43,301 nt of DNA from an uncultured Bifidobacterium sp. (GTDB taxonomy: Bacteria; Actinomycetota; Acidimicrobiia; Acidimicrobiales; Ilumatobacteraceae): contig CAZWCU010000005.1 of the NCBI GenBank assembly GCA_964632715.1, positions 1 to 43,301 on the forward strand. The letters run 5' to 3'. The translations under genes were made by a program, and so were the position numbers. Shown one piece after another: positions 36,512 to 43,301 of this stretch. The stretch's first letter is position 1, and each line of letters begins with the position of its first letter. The notes beneath the pieces are model-generated. The model saw nothing but the letters and a program-made list of their open reading frames with translations, had not been told where the DNA came from and made no database searches.

Positions 36512-38182
36512 ATGATCCGACGCTTTCTGCTGCTCCTCCCCGTGCTCGTCGCGGCCGCGCTCGTTCCGAGCGGCCAGGCGAACGCACACAACACGCTCAG
36601 CTCGAGCACCCCGGCCGACGGCGCAACGCTGGCGACGGCACCCACCGAGATCTCGCTGGTGTACACCGGCGCGGTGCCGCTCGAGTCGGTGTCGGTGGAA
36701 GTCATCGACTCCAGCGCCGTACGCAACGAGCTCAGCGGCTTCACACACGGGCCGAGTGGCGACACGGAGATGATGGCTGCGCTGCCGGCGCTGGCAGCCG
36801 GACCGGTGACGCTGCGGTGGCACCTGGTCGGCCCGGACGGGCACGTCATCAGCGGCCGCGTCGAGTTCACCATCGCGGCGCCCGCGGTACCGACGACCAT
36901 CGGCGCGGGCGCCACTCCCACGACGGTCGCCGCCGACGTCGCCGCGCCTGTCTCCTTCTCCGAGCCGTGGAGCACTCCGAGTGCGATCCGCTGGCTCCTG
37001 CGGGTGGCCGCCTACCTCGCAGTGCTGATGGTGGCGGGAGTAGTGCTGGCGGCCGTGTACGTCTGGCCGCCCGCGGCGACCGACGGCACCATGCGTCGGC
37101 TGCTGTGGTGGGGCCTCGCGGTGAGTGCCGCCACCGCCCTTGCGCAGTGGCTCGTCGTTGCCGGCGACCTCGCCGCGTCCGCGCCGTGGAGCGCATGGGG
37201 TTCTCTGTCCACGGCGCTGGAGACCGACGTGGGAGTGGCGATGCTGGCCCGCCTGGTCATCATCACCGCGATCGCCGCACTCCTGGCAGGCCCGGCGCGC
37301 AACGACCAGCTGAGGTGGCGTGCGATCGGCGCACTCGTGGTGTCCGCACTCGTCACCTGGGCGTGGGCCGGCCACGCGAAGTCGTTGCGGTGGCCGTGGC
37401 TCGGCGTGCCGCTCGACGTGGCACATCATCTCGCGGCCGCTGCATGGTTGGGTGGGCTGGCCGTCGTCGGCGTGTGGGCCACGCGGGTCGCCGACGAGCG
37501 CGAGGTCGCGCGCGCGGTCGATCGCTTCGGCACCGTGGCACGTGCGGCGGTGATCACGCTGGTGGTGACGGGAGCGTTGCAGAGCCTTCGCCTCGACGGT
37601 GGCCCCGGGGCGTTGTTCACCACCGGGCACGGACGGCTCGTGCTGCTGAAGGTGGTGCTGCTGGCAGTGATGCTGCTGGCGGCCGACGTGAACCGTCGAC
37701 GGGTCGCCACCCGCATCACCGCGCGCGGCTCGGTGCAGCCGAGAGCGCTCGCGAACCTGCGCCGGGCGATGCTCACCGAGCTCGCGATCGGCGTGGTCAT
37801 CATCGGCGTCACCGCCGGCCTGGTGGTGTCGACGCCGGCCAGCGCCGAGTCGGCGGGCGGGTCGAACGGCGCGCCCAGCACCACCGTGACGACCGTGCCC
37901 ACCGCCACGGTGGCGCCGACCGTCGGCACACTCCCGTCCGTGCCGCTGGACTGCACGATCGAGGCGGCCAGCGTGCAGTTCGACGACGTCGGCTACGACG
38001 TCGAGTGCCTGCAGCAGGCGTTGCGCCGCGTCGGCGTGCTGCAGTTCGGCGCGGCGACACCCGGCATCTTCGACGAGGCCACCGACGCCGCCGTGCGAGC
38101 GTTTCAGGAGCAGCAGGGGCTGCTGGTCGACGGCATCGTCGGCCGCGTCACCGCCACCGCGCTCGGGATCTGGCCGCCCTGA
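36512..38182 (+). CDS. CopC-CopD fusion copper-resistance membrane protein with a C-terminal peptidoglycan-binding domain
   Basis: 556 aa. The signal peptide ends ...GQANA, followed by HNTLSSSTPADGATL, the CopC N-terminal His. LRWHLVGPDGHVISGRVEF is typical of CopC. About 8 TM helices form the CopD part. The C-terminus LQQALRRVGVL...AVRAFQEQQGLLVDGIVGRVTATALGI matches a PG_binding_1-type domain. Confidence 0.85.
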   Translation: MIRRFLLLLPVLVAAALVPSGQANAHNTLSSSTPADGATLATAPTEISLVYTGAVPLESVSVEVIDSSAVRNELSGFTHGPSGDTEMMAALPALAAGPVTLRWHLVGPDGHVISGRVEFTIAAPAVPTTIGAGATPTTVAADVAAPVSFSEPWSTPSAIRWLLRVAAYLAVLMVAGVVLAAVYVWPPAATDGTMRRLLWWGLAVSAATALAQWLVVAGDLAASAPWSAWGSLSTALETDVGVAMLARLVIITAIAALLAGPARNDQLRWRAIGALVVSALVTWAWAGHAKSLRWPWLGVPLDVAHHLAAAAWLGGLAVVGVWATRVADEREVARAVDRFGTVARAAVITLVVTGALQSLRLDGGPGALFTTGHGRLVLLKVVLLAVMLLAADVNRRRVATRITARGSVQPRALANLRRAMLTELAIGVVIIGVTAGLVVSTPASAESAGGSNGAPSTTVTTVPTATVAPTVGTLPSVPLDCTIEAASVQFDDVGYDVECLQQALRRVGVLQFGAATPGIFDEATDAAVRAFQEQQGLLVDGIVGRVTATALGIWPP

Positions 38183-38205
38183 GCGGACATCGGAACGATC
38201 GCTCT

Positions 38206-38218
38206 CTACACTGTGTAG
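38206..38218. promoter_or_regulatory. Second copy of the palindrome, CTACAC-T-GTGTAG
   Basis: It lies 42 nt upstream of the DUF305 ATG. The two sites agree at 17 of 19 positions over CTACACNGTGTAGTNGTCA, so the similarity extends beyond the dyad. Confidence 0.6.
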
Positions 38219-38259
38219 TAGTCAGTCGTTCGTTGTGCTCGTGTTCCCGAAAGGCCCCC

Positions 38260-38865
38260 ATGTCCCGTCGCTCGCTCACCCTCGTTTCCGCACTCGCTGC
38301 TCTCGCGCTCACGGCGGGCCTGGCCGCATGCGGCGACGACTCGTCCGACGACACCCGCGACACGACGGGCACCAGCGCCGGAGCGCCGGCCGGTGCCGAG
38401 TTCGGTGATGGCGACGTGCTGTTCGCACAGAGCATGATCCCGCACCACGAACAGGCCATCGAGATGGCCGACATGGCGCTCGATCCCACCGTCGGCGCAA
38501 GTGCCGCGGTGCTCGACCTGGCGGGCCGCATCAAGGGCGCGCAGGATCCGGAGATCGAACTGATGACGGGCTGGCTCACTGCCTGGGGCATGCCGATGCA
38601 GATGGACACCAGCGATGGTCACGACATGTCGTCGATGGACGGGATGATGAGCGCCGAGGAGATGGAAGCGCTCGCCGGCAGCACCGGCGCCGAGTTCGAC
38701 CGGCTGTGGCTGGAGATGATGGTGCGCCACCACGAGGGTGCGATCGCGATGGCCGACGACGTGAAGGCCGACAGCAGCAACGCCGAGGTCATCGCGTTGG
38801 CCGACGCCATCATCGCCGGCCAGCAGGCCGAGATCGACGAGATGAAGGCGCTGCTCGACGCCTGA
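38260..38865 (+). CDS. DUF305-family secreted lipoprotein (metal/copper-associated four-helix protein)
   Basis: 201 aa. Lipobox LALTAGLAACGDD. Duplicated DUF305 signature FAQSMIPHHEQAIEMA and WLEMMVRHHEGAIAMA. A Met/His-rich loop (GMPMQMDTSDGHDMSSMDGMM) is suggestive of Cu(I) binding. Confidence 0.85.
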   Translation: MSRRSLTLVSALAALALTAGLAACGDDSSDDTRDTTGTSAGAPAGAEFGDGDVLFAQSMIPHHEQAIEMADMALDPTVGASAAVLDLAGRIKGAQDPEIELMTGWLTAWGMPMQMDTSDGHDMSSMDGMMSAEEMEALAGSTGAEFDRLWLEMMVRHHEGAIAMADDVKADSSNAEVIALADAIIAGQQAEIDEMKALLDA

Positions 38866-38875
38866 TCGCGTTCGA

Positions 38876-39682
38876 TCAGCTCGCACCCTGCAGGAACTGC
38901 ACCACCACGTCGTTGAACTCGTCGGCGTGCGTGAGCGGCGCCATGTGCCCGGCACCGTCCATGGTGTGCGTGTCCCAGTCGGGTCTCGCTGCGGCGAGCA
39001 CATCGGCGACCTCACCGAGGAGCGCGCGGGTGGCGCTGCCGCGCACCAGCAGGGTGCGTGCGCCGATGGTGGCGAAGTCGGCGGTGCTCATCGGGCCCAT
39101 CGCAGCGTCTCACTCGTAGTAGTTGGGCGCGATGGCGGCGGCCACCAGCTGCTGTCGGTGCGCGGGCGTCGCGGACCAGCTGCCGTCGCCGTTGAAGTAG
39201 TCGAAGAAGCGCTCGGCCATGCCGAGCCAGTCCTGCGCGCCACCGAAGTGCTGCACGTCGCGGTACAGCGACTCGGCCTCGCTCCACGCGGCGCCTCCGC
39301 TGCCGCGCAACAGTCCGGGCAGCATCGGTTCGTGGACGACGAGATCGGTGACGCGATCGCCGAGCGTGGCAGCGGCCGCCATCAGCGCGCTGGCTCCCCA
39401 CGAATGGCCGACCGCCGTCACCGGTTCGTCGACCGACGCGCACACGGCCAACAGCACGGCCGCGGCATCGGCGATGGTGAACGGCCGGTCGCCGGGCCAG
39501 GCGGTGGTGGAGCCGTAGCCATGCAGGTTGGGGGCGATCACCCGATGGTGCTCTTGCAGGCGTGCCACCAGTGCACGCCACTGACGGTTGCCGCTCGCCG
39601 AGCTGTGCGAGAGCACCACGGTGGGGCCGGCTCCCTCGTCGATGCACTCCACCGCCAGTCCGTGATGTTCGATGATGCGCAT
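38876..39682 (-). pseudogene. Alpha/beta-fold hydrolase interrupted by one in-frame TGA (nt 39110-39112, codon 191)
   Basis: The N-terminal part (39113-39682) has the oxyanion region VVLSHSS and the nucleophile elbow GHSWGA. The C-terminal part (38876-39109) has the strand TLLVRGS and the catalytic His region GAGHMAPLTH. Both parts are in the same reading frame and are separated only by TGA. The total of 268 codons is the normal size for the fold. Confidence 0.7.
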
Positions 39683-39714
39683 CGGGCCACCGTAGACGGG
39701 CGACGAATGGGCGG

Positions 39715-40140
39715 TTACGGAGCGTCGATGAACCGCGCCATGCCGATCGAACGCGGCGCGGTGTCGGTGAAACCGTGGCGTGCGTAGAGCGCTCGCCCGG
39801 GCGGATCGGCGAGCAGGTTCACCCACGCGCCGGGAGGCGCCACCTCGCGGATGCGGTCGAGCAACGCCTGCAGGATCGCGTCGCCGAGGCCGCGGCGTTG
39901 GTGCTCGGGCAGCACGGCCATGTCGACCACGTGGAAGTACCAGCCGCCATCGCCGAGCACGCGGCCCATGCCCACCACCTCGCCGGTCGCGTCGTGCACC
40001 ACGTGGCACGCCGCCCAGCTGCCCGGCAGACCGGCCACCGCCTGCGCTTCGGTCTTCGGTGTGAGCCCCGAGTCCTTGCGCAACCGGAGGTACGCGGCCA
40101 CCGGTGGCGCGGTCATGTCGAGTCGATAGCCGGGCGTCAT
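39715..40140 (-). CDS. GNAT-family N-acetyltransferase
   Basis: 141 aa. Acetyl-CoA motif A VLPEHQRRGLGDAILQALL. C-terminal YARHGF. Confidence 0.8.
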   Translation of the reverse strand: MTPGYRLDMTAPPVAAYLRLRKDSGLTPKTEAQAVAGLPGSWAACHVVHDATGEVVGMGRVLGDGGWYFHVVDMAVLPEHQRRGLGDAILQALLDRIREVAPPGAWVNLLADPPGRALYARHGFTDTAPRSIGMARFIDAP

Positions 40141-40690
40141 GCACCCGATCCTGCCAGGTCGTCCGAGGCTCGCGGATGCCGGCGCTAGTGTCCCGGCGGT
40201 GAGGATCGAGCCGCTGGCCGCGGATCACCGGAACGCGTTGATGGCGTTCGTCGAGTCCGTCTCCGAGCAGGACCGCGTGTTCGTGGACCGCACGCTCATC
40301 TCGCAGGTGAAGGTCGCCGGCTGGACCCAGGCGGTGCCCGAACGACGACTGGTGGCGGTGGACGACGACGGCACGGTGGGCGGCCTGGTGACGGTGTCGC
40401 GCGGCGTGGGATGGTCGGCGCACACCGCCGACGTGCGCGTGCTGGTGCGCAGCAGCCATCGTGGTCGCGGTGTCGGGCGTGCGCTGGCCGAGGCCGGAGT
40501 GGAGTTGGCCGCGAGCATGGGCATCGAGAAGCTCACCGTCGAGACGATGGCCGCCAACGCCGGCGGGCAGGCGACGTTCCTGGGCCTCGGCTTCCAGGTG
40601 GAGGCCACGATGCAGGGCCAGGTGCGCGACGACACCGGCCAACTGCAGGACATCGTCATCCTCAGCCGCTGGCTGGCGCCGACTGCCTGA
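40139..40690 (+). CDS. GNAT-family N-acetyltransferase
   Basis: Motif A VRSSHRGRGVGRALAEAGV. C-terminal FLGLGFQVE. The start is uncertain. ATG 40139 overlaps the divergent gene's start (CATG). GTG 40199 (VRIEPL...) is an alternative. Confidence 0.7.
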   Translation: MHPILPGRPRLADAGASVPAVRIEPLAADHRNALMAFVESVSEQDRVFVDRTLISQVKVAGWTQAVPERRLVAVDDDGTVGGLVTVSRGVGWSAHTADVRVLVRSSHRGRGVGRALAEAGVELAASMGIEKLTVETMAANAGGQATFLGLGFQVEATMQGQVRDDTGQLQDIVILSRWLAPTA

Positions 40691-40747
40691 CACCCGGCGA
40701 ATCGGTCCCCGTGCAACGTTCTGCACGGCCGTGGCATCAGGAGTGAC

Positions 40748-41239
40748 GTGAGATCGGTGTCGGACGTGACGGACGAAGGGGTGAGCACGTCGTCGTTCGC
40801 CGGCTTCTACGAGTCGCACCGAGAAGGGGCGATACGACTGGCGTGGCTGTTGACCCACGACCCAGCCGCCGCCGAGGACGTGGTGCACGACGCGTTCACC
40901 GCGCTGTTCCATCGCTTCGAGTCCGTCGACAACCACGCCGCCTACCTGCGCCGGTCGGTCGTCAACGCCGTCTACGAACGCACTCGCCGCTCCGGCAGAG
41001 AGACCCGCCGCATGGCACTCGTCGCGACGACTGAGCCCGTCGAGGTCGACGGTCCGACTGGTGGTCTGATCGACGCGATCGCTCGTCTGCCGCTGCAACA
41101 ACGGACCGTGATCGTGCTGCGGTACTGGAGCGATCTCGACCATGCCGCCATCGCCGACGCGATGGACACCCGGGTCGGCACCGTGCGCTCGCTGCTCAGC
41201 CGAGCGACCGCCCAACTACGAACGGAGATCCAGCCATGA
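40748..41239 (+). CDS. ECF-type RNA polymerase sigma-70 family factor
   Basis: GTG 40748 has GGAG 6 nt upstream. Region 2 is AAEDVVHDAFTALFHRF...YLRRSVVNAV. Region 4 is LPLQQRTVIVLRYWSDLDHAAIADAMDTRVGTVRSLLSRATAQLR. Confidence 0.85.
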   Translation: MRSVSDVTDEGVSTSSFAGFYESHREGAIRLAWLLTHDPAAAEDVVHDAFTALFHRFESVDNHAAYLRRSVVNAVYERTRRSGRETRRMALVATTEPVEVDGPTGGLIDAIARLPLQQRTVIVLRYWSDLDHAAIADAMDTRVGTVRSLLSRATAQLRTEIQP

Positions 41240-43086
41240 ACGATCTGCTCGACCGCCAGTTCGAGGACGCGATCCGAGGAGCGCTCACCGACGATGCCCG
41301 GCGCGCGCCGCACGCGCCGAGGTGGTGGGGACCGATCGCCGCCATGACGCCACCCCCACGCGTGCGATGGGTCGCGGTTGCCGCATCGGTGTTGGTGATC
41401 GCCGTCGTGGGGGCCGTTGCGGCCCTGGCGACGCGCACGGACGACACACCGACGATCAACGGCACGCCCTCGACCACAACGTTCAGGGAACCCGCGATCG
41501 TCGACCAGTGGGTGCCATCTCCCGCCCCGACGATCACCGCTCGGTCGGGCTTCGTGTCGGTGTCGACTGGCACTGGTTGGTTCGTGTGGGGAGGCTGGAG
41601 CCGCGAGGGCGATACGGATCCCGAGGCGAGCATGGACGACGGCGCCTACTTCGACGGATCCACCGGCGAATGGAAGACGCTGCCGGATGCCCCGATCGCC
41701 AACGAATTCCAGGCGGCATATGGGCTCTGGACGGGGAGCGAGGTGATCGTGGTCGTCGCAGGGAGCGAGCCCCTCATCACCGCGTTCGACCCGGCCACGT
41801 TCCGGTGGCGGGCGATCCCCGTCCCGGACGAAATGCGCTCCGAATGGCCACGGACCGACGGCCGGTACGCCCGAGGGTGGCATCGCTTCATCGCGGGCAA
41901 GTTGGTCATGTACTTCCCCACGAGCTCGGACGGTGGGCCCGCGCTGCTCGTGTTCGACCCGTCGAACGGTCAATGGACGACGGGAGCGGCGCCACCGACG
42001 ACCAACGACGATCTCGTTCTCGGCCTGGCCGCATCGTCGGACGAGCTGTTCGTCCTGGGCGCCGGCCAACGCAACAGCGACTCCGCCTGCCTCGGGAGCA
42101 CCCCGCTGCACACCTACGACCTCGCCACCGACACGTGGGCGTCACGTGACATCCCTCACGGCAACTGGCAACCCGCAGTCGTGGCCTGGACCGGCGACTC
42201 TCTGCTGTTGGCGGGAGGGCGCGACTGCGGATCCGAGGAGGCGGTGCGAACGAGCGCCATCCTCGACCCAGAGTTGCAGACCTGGACCGACGTGGCCGAC
42301 GTCACCGACGACCTCCCTTACGTCATCACCGAACCATTGGTTGCTGGTCCGAGGGTGGTCGCTGTCGGCGAGTCAGGTCGGCCGGCCAGCTACTCCGTCG
42401 AGCTGCGGGCGTGGTGGTCCGGGCCTGCACTGTGGCCCGACCGAACCATCGGCGACCTGTCGATTGCGGTGATCGGCGACCGTCTCGTCACGTGGAGCGC
42501 AAGTCCGTGGGAGAGCGAAGATGGCGTGTGGAGCTGCTGTCAGCCGAACCCAGCCGCGTTCGCACTGCAGCTCCCAGACGCCAGCCGGGTGACCGGGCCG
42601 CCCGCGACGGTGAGCACCGCCACGACGGTGACGCTCGTCGAGTCCGGCATCTGCATCGATGGCTCCTACATCCTGCAGGAAGGTGACACGCCCCACGATC
42701 TTGCCGTCAAGTTCGACCTCTCGGTGGAAGCCCTCGCCTTCGCCAACGTCGGCACTCCCGGCTACGACGCGTTCATCGTGGGCACACGAGTATTGATTCC
42801 AACCGCTGGCCCCGGCTGCCAGATGGCGCCGAACGGCGACGGTGCAGCCATCGTGGTTACCATGCCGCCCGACTCCACCGACGCCCAGATCGCGCTCGTG
42901 CGCGCCGTGCTCGACGACCTCGGTGCGCCCATCGACGCCACGCGGACCGAGTTCCGGGCAGGTGGCGACGCAGCCGTGTTCTTCGTCTTCGCCGATCCCG
43001 CGGCCGACCCGACGACGCTCTACAGCATCGCCGAGGAGCTCCGACACCTGCCCGGCGTCGCCGGGGTGACCCGGCCGATGAACTGA
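41236..43086 (+). CDS. Single-pass membrane protein with an extracytoplasmic Kelch-type beta-propeller, a LysM domain and a C-terminal alpha/beta domain (candidate anti-sigma factor)
   Basis: The ATG overlaps the sigma stop (ATGA). There is a ~45-aa cytoplasmic segment, then a TM helix (VAVAASVLVIAVVGAVAALA). Five recurring Kelch-like blades carry the motifs YFDGSTGEW, AFDPATFRW, VFDPSNGQW, TYDLATDTW and ILDPELQTW, each preceded by a GG/AG strand. LysM is at nt 42667-42801 (YILQEGDTPHDLAVKFDLSVEALAFANV...VGTRVLIP). Confidence 0.75.
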   Translation: MNDLLDRQFEDAIRGALTDDARRAPHAPRWWGPIAAMTPPPRVRWVAVAASVLVIAVVGAVAALATRTDDTPTINGTPSTTTFREPAIVDQWVPSPAPTITARSGFVSVSTGTGWFVWGGWSREGDTDPEASMDDGAYFDGSTGEWKTLPDAPIANEFQAAYGLWTGSEVIVVVAGSEPLITAFDPATFRWRAIPVPDEMRSEWPRTDGRYARGWHRFIAGKLVMYFPTSSDGGPALLVFDPSNGQWTTGAAPPTTNDDLVLGLAASSDELFVLGAGQRNSDSACLGSTPLHTYDLATDTWASRDIPHGNWQPAVVAWTGDSLLLAGGRDCGSEEAVRTSAILDPELQTWTDVADVTDDLPYVITEPLVAGPRVVAVGESGRPASYSVELRAWWSGPALWPDRTIGDLSIAVIGDRLVTWSASPWESEDGVWSCCQPNPAAFALQLPDASRVTGPPATVSTATTVTLVESGICIDGSYILQEGDTPHDLAVKFDLSVEALAFANVGTPGYDAFIVGTRVLIPTAGPGCQMAPNGDGAAIVVTMPPDSTDAQIALVRAVLDDLGAPIDATRTEFRAGGDAAVFFVFADPAADPTTLYSIAEELRHLPGVAGVTRPMN

Positions 43087-43134
43087 CGTCCTGCGAGGGA
43101 TGGCGCCGCCGGCGGTGGCAACGAGAATGTGCGC

Positions 43135-43301
43135 TACACCCCGCGGGCGGCGTTGCCGAACTTGGTGTACTGGCCTCGGAACACCCGGCGGGCGACGCCG
43201 GTGGGGCCGGAGCGGTGCTTGGCGGTGATCAGCTCGGCGCTGGCCTTGTCGGGCGAGTCACGGTTGTACACCCCGTCCCGGGACCGGAACACACCCCGCC
43301 C
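43135..43301 (-). CDS. 3-prime end of an unidentified gene (5-prime end beyond the window)
   Basis: An open frame from the right edge ends at TAG (43135-43137). It translates as ...RDGVYNRDSPDKASAELITAKHRSGPTGVARRVFRGQYTKFGNAARGV. Strong G/C third-position bias suggests coding. I do not recognise the family. Confidence 0.35.

Noticed and set aside
38862-38879. Short hairpin CTGATCG-cgtt-CGATCAG embedding both convergent stop codons (DUF305 and hydrolase), considered as a bidirectional terminator. A similar case is CTGAC-cggc-GTCAG at 1793-1806.
   Set aside because: The stems are only 5-7 bp with no U-tract. They arise largely from two facing TGA/TCA stop codons, so the evidence for termination function is insufficient.
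39110-39112. In-frame TGA in the alpha/beta hydrolase read as selenocysteine or programmed readthrough.
   Set aside because: The position is not near a catalytic residue, where Sec would make sense. I see no convincing stem-loop immediately downstream on the coding strand. A nonsense mutation or sequencing error is the simpler explanation. The locus is kept as a pseudogene call and flagged for checking.
40691-40747. Search for an autoregulated ECF promoter (GGAAC-N16/17-CGT type) upstream of the sigma gene.
   Set aside because: Only a weak GCAAC...CATC arrangement and a 5-bp inverted repeat (GTGCA...TGCAC) are present. The spacing to the RBS is too short to be convincing. I make no call.

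Overview
The window is a very GC-rich, actinobacterial-type chromosomal segment (third codon positions almost all G/C). It holds about 40 protein-coding genes. I found no rRNA, tRNA, CRISPR array, transposase or integrase. All functional calls come from reading motifs by eye; no database search was run. Gene order, left to right: (1) an OppF-like ABC ATPase, the tail of a peptide importer. (2) A GntR regulator and FAD oxidoreductase pair flanked by two TauE/SafE permease paralogs. (3) A CDA-fold deaminase. (4) A long minus-strand xyloside/xylose operon: lacI, solute-binding protein (SBP), two permeases, a GH3 glycosidase, xylA and a MsiK-like ATPase. It shares a LacI-type operator half-site with a divergent plus-strand operon: an IlvD/Edd sugar-acid dehydratase of the YjhG/YagF type, a PEP-utilising swivel-domain protein with no ATP-grasp domain, and a VOC protein. 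(5) A roughly 140-bp imperfect palindrome built from 19-bp periodic units. (6) An HExxH membrane protein. (7) A 1379-aa LPXTG surface protein with three tandem Ig/cadherin-like units, and a divergent 274-aa LPXTG protein. (8) A translationally coupled family-5 ABC importer in one operon with a BBOX/TauD-type dioxygenase, a beta-lactamase-fold serine hydrolase and a luciferase-like oxidoreductase. (9) A cysteine-free BlaI-family repressor and a sensor-less M56 protease, divergent from CopC-CopD(-PG-binding) and DUF305 genes; each of those genes is preceded by the same 13-bp palindrome. (10) An alpha/beta hydrolase interrupted by one in-frame TGA. (11) Two GNAT genes. (12) An ECF sigma factor coupled to a membrane Kelch/LysM protein. 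The best candidates for undescribed biology are the BlaI/M56-copper wiring, the ABC-dioxygenase-hydrolase operon, the dehydratase/swivel-domain operon, the sigma/Kelch-LysM pair and the periodic palindromic element.
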